DNA of 64,000 nucleotides, taken from contig JAXELM010000097.1 of assembly GCA_034100525.1 (NCBI GenBank), forward strand, positions 27,272 to 91,271, written 5' to 3'. The position numbers were made by a program, and so were the translations under genes. A model generated the notes under the pieces. The model was given only the letters and a program-made list of their open reading frames with translations. It did no database searches and was not told where the DNA came from. The DNA is from Agathobacter sp. (GTDB lineage Bacteria; Bacillota; Clostridia; Lachnospirales; Lachnospiraceae). This document shows positions 29,529-38,710 of the stretch, one piece after another; within the stretch, counting starts at the first letter, position 1; each line of letters begins with the position of its first letter.

Positions 29529-30626
29529 ATGAAAACAACCCACAGAGAAGAATTATATATTAAACAGGATAATTTAACAGACAAACTATTTGATGAGCGT
29601 TCGATTTTTTTTGACATAGAGACAACCGGATTCTCTCCATCCAGAGCAAGTGTTTACATGATTGGATGTGCGAGGAAACGTGGAAAATATATATGTGTAG
29701 ATCAGTTTTTTGCGGAAAATCCATCTGAAGAGAAAATTGTCATAAATGCTTTTATTGAAATTCTAAAACAATATAATACAATTATTTCTTTTAATGGTAT
29801 TGGTTTTGATATACCGTTTTTGAAAGCCAAATGCGATTTGTATAATATCGAGGAATCCTTTAAGGATTATAGTTATCTGGATATTTTTAAAGCAGTCTCT
29901 GATATTAAGCCGATTTTAAATCTTGAAAATTACAAGCAAAAAACTATAGAGAAATTCCTAAACATTAAACGTAATGACTTATATTCTGGCGGAGAACTTA
30001 TCAATGTATATTATGACTATATTAAATCTAAAGACGATGAGCAGCTTGACATTTTGTTGTTACATAATTTCGAAGATGTTATAGGGATGATGGATTTGCT
30101 GCCTGTATTATCGTATGTAGAGTTACTTCATGGTCAATATTCTGTCAAGGAAACTGCTATCAAACCATATTTATCTGTTGATGGGACTGAAAAATCAGAA
30201 TTATATATTTTTCTTGAAAATGATTTTACTCTTCCTCAAAAAATATCATGTAGACATGACAGTTTTTATATTAATTTTAATCATGATACTACAATTATAA
30301 GAGTTCCTATATTCGAAGGCGAATTAAAATATTTTTATTCAAACTATAAGGAGTATTATTATCTGCCAAACGAAGACATTGCTATACATAAAAGTGTTGC
30401 ACAGTTTGTAGATAAGAATTATAAAGAAAAATGCAGAGCTTATAATTGCTATAATAGAAAAAATGGTAAATTTGTTTTGCAATATTCTTCCATTATGAAT
30501 CCGGAATTCAAAAAAGATTATAAAGACAAGTGTAGTTATTTTGAATTAACAGATGATTTCTGCCAATCAGACGTCATGATTCGAAGATATGTTGATCATA
30601 TTTTAAATCATATATCCAATCATTAA
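29529..30626 (+). CDS. RNase H-like (RNase_H_2/YprB-type) DEDD exonuclease domain protein
   Basis: FFDIETTG, SFNGIGFDIPFL, LLHNFEDV motifs; extended -10 TGGTATAAT at 29481-29489. Confidence 0.85.
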   Translation: MKTTHREELYIKQDNLTDKLFDERSIFFDIETTGFSPSRASVYMIGCARKRGKYICVDQFFAENPSEEKIVINAFIEILKQYNTIISFNGIGFDIPFLKAKCDLYNIEESFKDYSYLDIFKAVSDIKPILNLENYKQKTIEKFLNIKRNDLYSGGELINVYYDYIKSKDDEQLDILLLHNFEDVIGMMDLLPVLSYVELLHGQYSVKETAIKPYLSVDGTEKSELYIFLENDFTLPQKISCRHDSFYINFNHDTTIIRVPIFEGELKYFYSNYKEYYYLPNEDIAIHKSVAQFVDKNYKEKCRAYNCYNRKNGKFVLQYSSIMNPEFKKDYKDKCSYFELTDDFCQSDVMIRRYVDHILNHISNH

Positions 30627-30668
30627 AAAAAGTGGTAAAACTCTAGCATTCTAAAGTTTTACCACTTT
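30625..30668. terminator. Bidirectional terminator between the exonuclease gene and cheR
   Basis: 14-bp stem AAAGTGGTAAAACT/AGTTTTACCACTTT. Confidence 0.8.
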
Positions 30669-30672
30669 AAAA

Positions 30673-31458
30673 TTATTGATTTAAATCTTTTTCAAAATAG
30701 AAACTGCTCATACGTTTAAAACCGATATCTTTATAATTGGTAATCTGTTCAGTACTTCCTATAAACAAAACACCATGATTTTTAAGTGATTTGTAGAAAT
30801 TTCTATAAATCATATCCTTTGCTTCATCTGTAAAGTAAATCACAACATTTCTACAAAGTATGAAATCATAATCGGATGGATATGTATCTTTTAACAGATT
30901 ATGTTCTTTAAAAGTTACACATCGCTTTATTTCATCAGCAATCTGATAAGAATTTCCAATCTTTGTAAAATATTTCTTCTTTAAATCATCCGGAACATTT
31001 GCAATACTTTTTTCAGAATATAATCCTACTTTGGCATGTTCAATGACTTGTTTGTCTATATCTGTAGCCAATATTTTAATATCAGATAACGGAATATGTT
31101 TTGAAAAAGCCATGGCAAGTGAATATGGCTCATCTCCTGTAGAACATGCTGCTGACCAAATTTTGATTGGTTTACGCTGTTCTTTTAAAAGCTTTGGTAT
31201 CATTTGCTCATCCATAAGCTTCCACTGATCGGGATTTCGATAAAATTCTGATACGTTGATAGTCAGAAAATTGACAAACTGCTCAAATCTGTCTTTATCC
31301 TTTTTTAGCATATCAACATACTCATCATATGATTTCGCGCCATTTTTAGTTGCTAATGTATCAATTCTACGACGCATTTGTTTTTCTTTATAAAAGTTTA
31401 AGTCAATTTTAGTTAATTTAAGGACATCTTTTTTAAACTCTTCATACTTATCAAACAT
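30673..31458 (-). CDS. cheR: Chemotaxis methyltransferase CheR
   Basis: TINVSEFYRN, WSAACSTGDEPYSLA, ATDID, CRNVVIYF, GSTE; start at ATG 31458 (SD GGAGG). Confidence 0.95.
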   Translation of the reverse strand: MFDKYEEFKKDVLKLTKIDLNFYKEKQMRRRIDTLATKNGAKSYDEYVDMLKKDKDRFEQFVNFLTINVSEFYRNPDQWKLMDEQMIPKLLKEQRKPIKIWSAACSTGDEPYSLAMAFSKHIPLSDIKILATDIDKQVIEHAKVGLYSEKSIANVPDDLKKKYFTKIGNSYQIADEIKRCVTFKEHNLLKDTYPSDYDFILCRNVVIYFTDEAKDMIYRNFYKSLKNHGVLFIGSTEQITNYKDIGFKRMSSFYFEKDLNQ

Positions 31459-31514
31459 ACATACATCCTCCAAAGTAACATATTAATAGCAAATAAGTAC
31501 TATATGAATTGGTT

Positions 31515-31550
31515 TAAAAATTGGAAGCCATCATTTGACAGCTCCCAATT
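31515..31550 (-). terminator. Terminator after rpsA
   Basis: Minus-strand stem AATTGGGAGCTG/TGGCTTCCAATT (with G-U pairs) plus T tract. Confidence 0.7.
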
Positions 31551-31554
31551 AATT

Positions 31555-32670
31555 TTATTCTTCTGTCACATCAACATCCTCAGAAACCTCTGTATCCTCA
31601 GTAGCTTCTGTTGCTTCTGGCTCAAGTAATTCTTTAATGCTTAAGCTAATTTTCTTCTCATCTTCATTGAAATCAACAATCTTTGCTTCGACTTCCTGAC
31701 CAACCTTTAAAACATCTGCTGGCTTTTCAACATGCTCTCTAGAAATTTGTGAAACATGCAATAAAGCATCTACACCAGGTGCTAACTCAACAAATGCACC
31801 AAAATCAGTCATTCTTGCAACTTTACCTGTTACCACGTTGCCAACTGCGTATTTCTCAGCCGCTTTATTCCAAGGGTTCTCATCATCGAACTTCATGCTA
31901 AGTGCAATCTTTGCATCGCTGATGCTCTTAATAAATACTTTTACTTCCTGTCCTACAGTAAATACTTTCTTAGGATTCTCTACACGTCCCCAGGACATCT
32001 CAGAGATGTGAAGAAGACCATCTACTCCACCTAAATCAACAAATGCACCAAAATCTGTAACATTCTTGATTGTACCATTTATAACGTCGCCTACAGAAAT
32101 CTTATCTAATAATTCTTTCTGAGCTTCTGCTTTCTGAGCAACTAATAATGTCTTTCTGTTTCCGATAATTCTTCTCTTACGAGGATCAAATTCTGTAATA
32201 ACGAATTCGATTTCCTGATCCTTGAATTTGCTTAAATCTTTTTCAAATGAATCTGATACAAGGCTTGCAGGAATAAATACTCTTGTCTCATCAACAATAA
32301 CACATACTCCACCAGCAAGAATCTGAGATACTTTTGCTTTTAATACCTCTTTGTTCTCGAAAGCTTCTTCTAATCTCTTGCTTCCTTTCTCAGCAGCAAG
32401 TCTCTTGTATGAAAGTGAAACTTGTCCTTCACCATCGTTTACTTTGATGACTTTTGCTTCTAATGTATCTCCCACATTAACTACAGTTGTAAGGTCTACG
32501 TTCGGTTCGTTTGTATATTCATTACGTGTAATAATTCCGTCAGATTTATATCCAATGTTTAAGATAATCTCGTCTGGTTTAACATCAATAACGGTACCTT
32601 CAACCACTTCTCCATTTCTTATTGTTTTTTCATATGCATCCAGCATTTGTTCAAAGCTCATTTCTGACAT
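31555..32670 (-). CDS. rpsA: 30S ribosomal protein S1 (4 S1 domains)
   Basis: DFGAFVDLGGVDGLLHISEMSW, DFGAFVELAPGVDALLHVSQI; start ATG 32670 (MSEMSFEQML) with SD GAGGAGG inside ispH. Confidence 0.95.
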   Translation of the reverse strand: MSEMSFEQMLDAYEKTIRNGEVVEGTVIDVKPDEIILNIGYKSDGIITRNEYTNEPNVDLTTVVNVGDTLEAKVIKVNDGEGQVSLSYKRLAAEKGSKRLEEAFENKEVLKAKVSQILAGGVCVIVDETRVFIPASLVSDSFEKDLSKFKDQEIEFVITEFDPRKRRIIGNRKTLLVAQKAEAQKELLDKISVGDVINGTIKNVTDFGAFVDLGGVDGLLHISEMSWGRVENPKKVFTVGQEVKVFIKSISDAKIALSMKFDDENPWNKAAEKYAVGNVVTGKVARMTDFGAFVELAPGVDALLHVSQISREHVEKPADVLKVGQEVEAKIVDFNEDEKKISLSIKELLEPEATEATEDTEVSEDVDVTEE

Positions 32671-33505
32671 TCTTTGAAACCTCCTCAATAATATTATTTG
32701 GCGTTGAAGCCCCTGCGGTAATACCTACGTTATTGACAGATTTGATTTTTTCATAATCCATATCTCTATTCGTTTGTATATAGTAAGTATTTTCACATTC
32801 TTTTTTGCATATTTCAAATAGCTTTTGTGTATTCGAGCTGTTCTTGTCTCCTATCACTATCATTGCATCTGATTCAGATGCAATATCACGTGCTTCTGTC
32901 TGACGTTCTTCAGTCGCATTACAAATTGTATTTAAAACAAGTATATCATAACCTTTTTTCTCAACAATTTCAACTAATTCTTGAAATTTATTGTAGTTAA
33001 ATGTCGTTTGTGAGACAATACATACTTTTTTTTCTAAAGTTATATCTAAATTATCTATATCATCCTGATTTCCGACAACGCAAACATTATTTCCCTGCAC
33101 CCATCCTTTGATTCCCTGCACTTCAGGATGGTCGGCATTGCCGATGATAATAATGTATCTTCCTTCTGTACTATGCTTTTCTACAAGCTTATGAATCTTT
33201 TTTACAAATGGGCATGTGGCATCTTTTATTTCAAAACCGGATTCTTCGATTCTATTATATTCTTCCCTGCTTATACCATGAGAGCGAATAATGATTATTC
33301 CTTTTTCAAGTGATGAAAGTTCATCAAGGTTTTTAATAACAGTTACTCCTTTTTGTTCTAAATCCTTAACCACTTCATCATTATGAATAATCGGTCCATA
33401 TGTATAAATGGGTTTGTCTTCACTTGCTATTTCATCATACACAAGATTTACAGCCCTTTTTACTCCAAAGCAAAAACCTGCACTTTTGGCAATGTTTACA
33501 TTCAT
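32651..33505 (-). CDS. ispH: 4-hydroxy-3-methylbut-2-enyl diphosphate reductase
   Basis: AGFCFGVKRA, IIHN, DATCPFV, HPEV, QTT, TICNATEERQ, SSNT, TAGASTP. Confidence 0.97.
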   Translation of the reverse strand: MNVNIAKSAGFCFGVKRAVNLVYDEIASEDKPIYTYGPIIHNDEVVKDLEQKGVTVIKNLDELSSLEKGIIIIRSHGISREEYNRIEESGFEIKDATCPFVKKIHKLVEKHSTEGRYIIIIGNADHPEVQGIKGWVQGNNVCVVGNQDDIDNLDITLEKKVCIVSQTTFNYNKFQELVEIVEKKGYDILVLNTICNATEERQTEARDIASESDAMIVIGDKNSSNTQKLFEICKKECENTYYIQTNRDMDYEKIKSVNNVGITAGASTPNNIIEEVSKNVRNEL

Positions 33506-33508
33506 ATT

Positions 33509-34171
33509 TTAAGCCTCTCTGATTATTTCTTTCATTTTCTCAATGACTGCATCAATATCCATATCTGATGAATCTAATAAAACTGCATCATCAGCCTGCT
33601 TCAAAGGAGAAGTTTCTCTATGCATATCTCTGTAATCTCTATCAATTATATCTTTCTCGATTTCATCAAACTTACAGCTTATTCCCTTTTCTGTAAGCTC
33701 ATCAAAACGTCTCTGTGCTCTTACTTTTGAACTAGCAGTAAGGTAGATTTTGACGTTGGCATTTGGAAGGACTACAGTTCCAATATCCCTTCCATCCATT
33801 ATGACATTTTCTTTCTGCGCTAATTGTCTCTGCAATTCTACAAGCTTTGTTCTTACGACTGGATATACACTTGTAGCAGATGCCATGTTTCCTACTTCTT
33901 CATTTCTTATTTTGTCACTTATATTCTCACCATTTAATAACACCTGCTGTTCGTTATTCTTATATGCAATTGAAACATTTACATTATCACAGGCTTTTGC
34001 AATTGCCGCCTCATCATCAGAAGATATATTGTTTGTAAGAAAATAGTATGCCATTGCACGATACATAGCTCCTGTATCTACATACACATATCCCAATTCT
34101 TTTGCAAGCTTTTTAGCTATTGTACTTTTTCCTGCTCCGGCAGGTCCGTCGATTGCAATATTATTAATCAT
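33509..34171 (-). CDS. cmk: Cytidylate kinase
   Basis: AIDGPAGAGKSTIAK, DTGAMYRA, MDGRDIGTVVLP. Confidence 0.97.
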   Translation of the reverse strand: MINNIAIDGPAGAGKSTIAKKLAKELGYVYVDTGAMYRAMAYYFLTNNISSDDEAAIAKACDNVNVSIAYKNNEQQVLLNGENISDKIRNEEVGNMASATSVYPVVRTKLVELQRQLAQKENVIMDGRDIGTVVLPNANVKIYLTASSKVRAQRRFDELTEKGISCKFDEIEKDIIDRDYRDMHRETSPLKQADDAVLLDSSDMDIDAVIEKMKEIIREA

Positions 34172-34214
34172 AATGTTCTCCCATCTTATTATTTATCTTA
34201 TATTTTATAAATTT

Positions 34215-35444
34215 TTATCTCACACTGTCTCCTGCCAAATAACCAGTAGACCATGCTATTTGCAAATTGTATCCTCCAGTTAAAGCATCTAAATCTAATA
34301 CTTCACCACAAAAATATAAATTGCTTACTATTTTTGATTCCATAGTTGACGGATTAATATCTTTTACGGATATTCCACCTTTTGTGATTATTGCTTCATT
34401 CCAGCCTCTAAATCCATTAAATGATATCTCTAAATTCTTAAGCAGATATGCGAGCTTTTGCCGTTCTTCCTTGGTTATAGTATTTACCTGTTTATCAGGG
34501 TCAATACCACTTAAATTAATAACTACAGGTACTAATTTTGAAGGAAGAAGCTTGTTAAGCGAATTCTTAAATTGCTTATTTAGTTCTTCTTCAAAATCAC
34601 GAAGAATCCTTTTATTTAATTGCTCCACATCAAGTGCTGGTTTTAAATCAATAATTATCTTTAGGTTTTCATCAAAGTATTTTCTGTTTATCATTGCACT
34701 TGCGGATAAAATCAGAGGTCCACTTACTCCAAAATGTGTAAAAAGCATTTCCCCCAGTTCGTTGTACAGCTTTTTCTTACCATTAATTATACGAACATTG
34801 ACATTTCTAAGTGATAATCCCTGAAGCTCTTTAACCCACTCTTCTTTGATATTCATTGGAACAAGTGAAGGTTCACATTTATTGATTGTATGACCACTAT
34901 CTTTTGCAAATCTGTAACCATCACCTGTTGAACCTGTTGAGGGATAAGATAAACCACCAGTAGCTATTATGACAGAATCACACATAATTTTTTCGCCATT
35001 TTCTAATAAAACGCCACAGGCTTTATCATTTGTAATGATTAAATCCTTTACAGGCGTAAATAATCGTATATCAACCTTATTTTTTCTTAATGCTTTTACT
35101 ATAGTAGATATAACATCTGATGAATGATCTGAAACTGGAAAAACACGATTACCTCTTTCGATTTTTGTTTTCATTCCATTGTTTTCAAAAAAATTTATAA
35201 CATCATCATTTGTAAAACTATATAATGCGCTATAAAGAAATTTGCGATTTGTCATTATATTATTAAAGATTACTTCTAGTTCACCTGCATTAGTCAGGTT
35301 ACATCTTCCCTTACCGGTTATATAAATCTTTTTACCAAGTTTTTCGTTTTTATCAACTAAAATAACTTTATGTCCATTCTCTGAAGCCTGATATGCTGCC
35401 ATCATTCCAGCTGCCCCACCACCGACAACTACTACTTTACTCAT
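34215..35444 (-). CDS. HI0933/BaiN family flavoprotein (YhiN/YtfP-like)
   Basis: GGGAAGMMAA, GKKIYITGKGRCNLTN, ATGGLSYPSTGSTGDG, LFTHFGVSGP, TGGYNLQIAW. Confidence 0.92.
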   Translation of the reverse strand: MSKVVVVGGGAAGMMAAYQASENGHKVILVDKNEKLGKKIYITGKGRCNLTNAGELEVIFNNIMTNRKFLYSALYSFTNDDVINFFENNGMKTKIERGNRVFPVSDHSSDVISTIVKALRKNKVDIRLFTPVKDLIITNDKACGVLLENGEKIMCDSVIIATGGLSYPSTGSTGDGYRFAKDSGHTINKCEPSLVPMNIKEEWVKELQGLSLRNVNVRIINGKKKLYNELGEMLFTHFGVSGPLILSASAMINRKYFDENLKIIIDLKPALDVEQLNKRILRDFEEELNKQFKNSLNKLLPSKLVPVVINLSGIDPDKQVNTITKEERQKLAYLLKNLEISFNGFRGWNEAIITKGGISVKDINPSTMESKIVSNLYFCGEVLDLDALTGGYNLQIAWSTGYLAGDSVR

Positions 35445-36366
35445 TAATTTCATCCTCTAATTTTGCATAATGGATTTTAATGGAATCATCAATATAATCG
35501 ATTTCATCATTTTCATATACCTGATATTCATCCCATATATCTTCAAGCTCTGTCAATGTCTTTGCAACAGTCTTTTGTTTTTTCATACATAATGCAACTA
35601 TAAGTGCATTAATAACACTTAGAGGTGCAACTAGAGAATCTACAATTGAAGCCATGTCGCTATCTGCAATTAAATTACATGAAGAATACAAATTCATAGG
35701 CGAATGAACGCTGTCAGTAAGTGTTATTACTTTCGCATTTCTGTTATTTGCAAACTCAAGTGCTTTTAACGTCCTCATGGAATATCTTGGAAAGCTGATT
35801 CCAATAATGACATCCTTTTCGTTGATTCTAAGCATCTGCTCAAACAATTCACTTGAACTATTAGTTGTGAGCAAATGTACATTATCAAACATTAAATTCA
35901 AATAAAATCCCAGAAAATTTGCCAAAGGTGCACAGCTTCTAATACCCACAATATATATATTCTTAGCTTTGGCAATAGTTGAAACTGCCATCTCAAAAGC
36001 AGAATGATCTATTTTTTCTAATGTTGTCTTGATTTTATCAGCATCTGACTGAAGCACAGTCTGTAAAATCTCAGACTGCGTAATTCTGCCATATGTTACT
36101 TCCATTCTCTGGACGGAATTAAGCTTATTACGAACCAGTTCTTCCAATGCCTCCTGAAATTCAGGATAACCTTTGTAACCTAATGAAGTGGCAAATCTCA
36201 CAACTGTTGATTCACTTACCCCAACAGTCTCTCCCATCTTTGCCGCAGTCAGAAAAACTGCTTTATCATAGTTGTCAGTAATATATGTAGCAATAATTTT
36301 CTGACCTTTACTCATCTTACTGTACTTACTATTTATTCTATTTAACAAGTCGTTTGTGTTAGACAT
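35437..36366 (-). CDS. MurR/RpiR family transcriptional regulator
   Basis: HTH VGVSESTVVRFA..LGYKGYPEFQ plus SIS domain ISFPRYS, LTDS; start ATG 36366 (SD GGAGG). Confidence 0.92.
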   Translation of the reverse strand: MSNTNDLLNRINSKYSKMSKGQKIIATYITDNYDKAVFLTAAKMGETVGVSESTVVRFATSLGYKGYPEFQEALEELVRNKLNSVQRMEVTYGRITQSEILQTVLQSDADKIKTTLEKIDHSAFEMAVSTIAKAKNIYIVGIRSCAPLANFLGFYLNLMFDNVHLLTTNSSSELFEQMLRINEKDVIIGISFPRYSMRTLKALEFANNRNAKVITLTDSVHSPMNLYSSCNLIADSDMASIVDSLVAPLSVINALIVALCMKKQKTVAKTLTELEDIWDEYQVYENDEIDYIDDSIKIHYAKLEDEINE

Positions 36367-36390
36367 ATCAGCCCTCCGATATAACTCAAT

Positions 36391-36415
36391 AAAGAGTTCC
36401 ATACGGAACTCTTTT
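36391..36415 (-). terminator. Hairpin between yoaK and rpiR (terminator or leader stem)
   Basis: AAAGAGTTCC-4 nt-GGAACTCTTT perfect stem. Confidence 0.6.
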
Positions 36416-36439
36416 TACAGTATAATTATAGCAAACATA

Positions 36440-37159
36440 TTAAATTTTACAATCAAATTTTGAATAATTTCCGTCATGCCTACATGCATTTTCACATAAA
36501 TAATTCGCGTCAAAAATAAGAACTACAACATTTAGTACCAACGGAATAAAAGCAAACCAAATAGCCTGTATGCAAAATTTGGTTACACAAAAATATGAAA
36601 TCATTACCCCTAAATGAAAACACAAAATTGTACCAGTAAAAAACGCTAGTTTTTCCAAACTTTTTTGCTTATGCTCAATAAAATATTCTCCAATTGAAAG
36701 CGAAACCTGACGCAAATTATTAGTAGAAAAAATAGTTGAACTAGTATATTCTTTATTTCCCGGAAAAGCATTCCATTGAAATGCCATCGCAAAGAAAATT
36801 GGATACAATGCTAAAACCGGATTGAAATTTTCTGGAATTATTGATAACAATATAATTGCAACTGAACTGATTGCCATAGACCAGTATTTACAATCGATAG
36901 ATGATTTATTTTTTACAAGCACAAAGAAAATAGTTGATATCATGTATAATAGCACACCACCAACTCTTATTAATACTTCCAAAAGATTGTTTCCAAGTAA
37001 TGCCAATACAATATAAATCAGATTTGATGTCTGTGCATTGCCAATGAAATCCATTCTAAGTAAGACGGCGTAGCAAGCCATAAATCCGCCCAAAATGGTC
37101 ATTATATGATGTGTAATAGTATCAATTCGTTTTTTGTAATTATCAGTGTATTCATTCAT
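36440..37159 (-). CDS. YoaK/DUF1275 family membrane protein
   Basis: GGFMACYA, GNAQTSNL, FAMAFQWNAF, STIFSTNNLRQ; about 6 TM segments; start ATG 37159 (SD GAGGT). Confidence 0.8.
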   Translation of the reverse strand: MNEYTDNYKKRIDTITHHIMTILGGFMACYAVLLRMDFIGNAQTSNLIYIVLALLGNNLLEVLIRVGGVLLYMISTIFFVLVKNKSSIDCKYWSMAISSVAIILLSIIPENFNPVLALYPIFFAMAFQWNAFPGNKEYTSSTIFSTNNLRQVSLSIGEYFIEHKQKSLEKLAFFTGTILCFHLGVMISYFCVTKFCIQAIWFAFIPLVLNVVVLIFDANYLCENACRHDGNYSKFDCKI

Positions 37160-37223
37160 ATTAAAAACCTCACTGATTGAAATTTTATCACTTTTTGTAT
37201 TCATTTCAATATTAAAAGAACAC

Positions 37224-37260
37224 AAAAAAATACCACAAACAAAGAATTTGTTTGTGGCAT
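37224..37260 (-). terminator. Terminator of the decarboxylase operon
   Basis: ATGCCACAAACAA/TTGTTTGTGGTAT stem plus T7 on the minus strand. Confidence 0.8.
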
Positions 37261-37271
37261 TTAATTAATTC

Positions 37272-38672
37272 TTAAACAGGATAAGCTCCGTTTTCTGTAT
37301 CTGCAACAGTTGCATCAACACCTGTCTGCTGTGCCTGACGATATTTGAAGAAATCTAAAGCTACCTGTGGGAACAAAGCGTAAGTAAGTACATCTTCATC
37401 TTGCTGTTTCCACTGCTTCATCTCCTCTTCAAATTTAGCCAAACCTGGCTCTAATAAATCTGCCGGTCTGCATGTAATAGCGTTCTTTTTTTCTTCGCCT
37501 AATACCTTATCTACTACTTCTGGATTAAATGGCTTAACTGTCTGTCCGTATTTTCCAAGAAGGATATCTTTTGTCTGTGAAGTAGCAACTTTATATCTCT
37601 CACCCATTAATACGTTAAATACAGCCTGTGTACCTACAATCTGTGATGATGGTGTAACAAGAGGTGGCTCACCAAGGTCTTTACGAACTCTTGGAACCTC
37701 TTTTAATACTTCATCATACTTATCCTCTGCCCCCTGCTCTTTGAGCTGAGAAACAAGGTTAGAAAGCATTCCACCAGGTACCTGATATTTAAGTGTCTGA
37801 ATATTAACTCCTAATACCTTTGGATTGAGTAATCCGCTCTTAAGTGCCTCTTCACGGATTGGAGCAAAATAATCTGAAATCTCAGATAATAAATCAAGAT
37901 CTAAGCCTGTATCGTATTCTGTACCTTCAAAAGCTTTAACCATAACTTCTGTTGCAGGCTGTGATGTACCAAGAGCAAGTGGAGACATTGCTGTATCAAT
38001 GATATCACATCCAGCTTCAACTGCCTTAAGGCATGTCATTGAAGCAACACCTGAAGTATAATGTGTATGAAGCTCAATTGGAAGTGTTGTTGCACTCTTT
38101 AATGCCTGAACTAATTCTGTAGCAGCTGTAGGAACTAATAATCCAGCCATATCTTTGATACAGATAGAATCAGCACCCATATCCTCGATTTTCTTGGCTG
38201 TTTCCATCCAGTAATCGAGTGTATATGCATCACCTAATGTATAAGAAAGCGCAACCTGAGCATGTCCTTTCTCTTTATTACAAGCTTTAACTGCTGTCTG
38301 AAGATTTCTAACATCATTTAAACAGTCAAAAATTCTGATAATATCAATTCCGTTTGCAATTGATTTCTGAACAAAATATTCAACAACATCATCCGGATAC
38401 TGACTATATCCTAAGATGTTCTGTCCACGGAATAACATTTGTAATTTAGTATTTTTAAATCCATCTCTTAATTTACGAAGTCGCTCCCATGGATCTTCTT
38501 TTAAGAATCTAAGTGAAGCATCAAATGTAGCTCCACCCCAGCACTCTACTGCATTATATCCAACTTTGTCCATTTTATCGATGATTGGAAGCATCTGTTC
38601 TGTTGTCATTCTTGTAGCGATTAATGACTGATGCGCATCACGTAAAATGGTTTCTGTAATTTTAACACCCAT
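37272..38672 (-). CDS. oadA: Oxaloacetate decarboxylase alpha / pyruvate carboxyltransferase subunit (no biotinyl domain)
   Basis: LRDAHQSLIATR, WGGATFD, IKDMAG, LHTH, QVPGGM, PLVTPSSQIVG. Confidence 0.92.
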   Translation of the reverse strand: MGVKITETILRDAHQSLIATRMTTEQMLPIIDKMDKVGYNAVECWGGATFDASLRFLKEDPWERLRKLRDGFKNTKLQMLFRGQNILGYSQYPDDVVEYFVQKSIANGIDIIRIFDCLNDVRNLQTAVKACNKEKGHAQVALSYTLGDAYTLDYWMETAKKIEDMGADSICIKDMAGLLVPTAATELVQALKSATTLPIELHTHYTSGVASMTCLKAVEAGCDIIDTAMSPLALGTSQPATEVMVKAFEGTEYDTGLDLDLLSEISDYFAPIREEALKSGLLNPKVLGVNIQTLKYQVPGGMLSNLVSQLKEQGAEDKYDEVLKEVPRVRKDLGEPPLVTPSSQIVGTQAVFNVLMGERYKVATSQTKDILLGKYGQTVKPFNPEVVDKVLGEEKKNAITCRPADLLEPGLAKFEEEMKQWKQQDEDVLTYALFPQVALDFFKYRQAQQTGVDATVADTENGAYPV

Positions 38673-38710
38673 TATTCTTTATTCCTTTCATAATATCTAC
38701 ATATCTGCTT

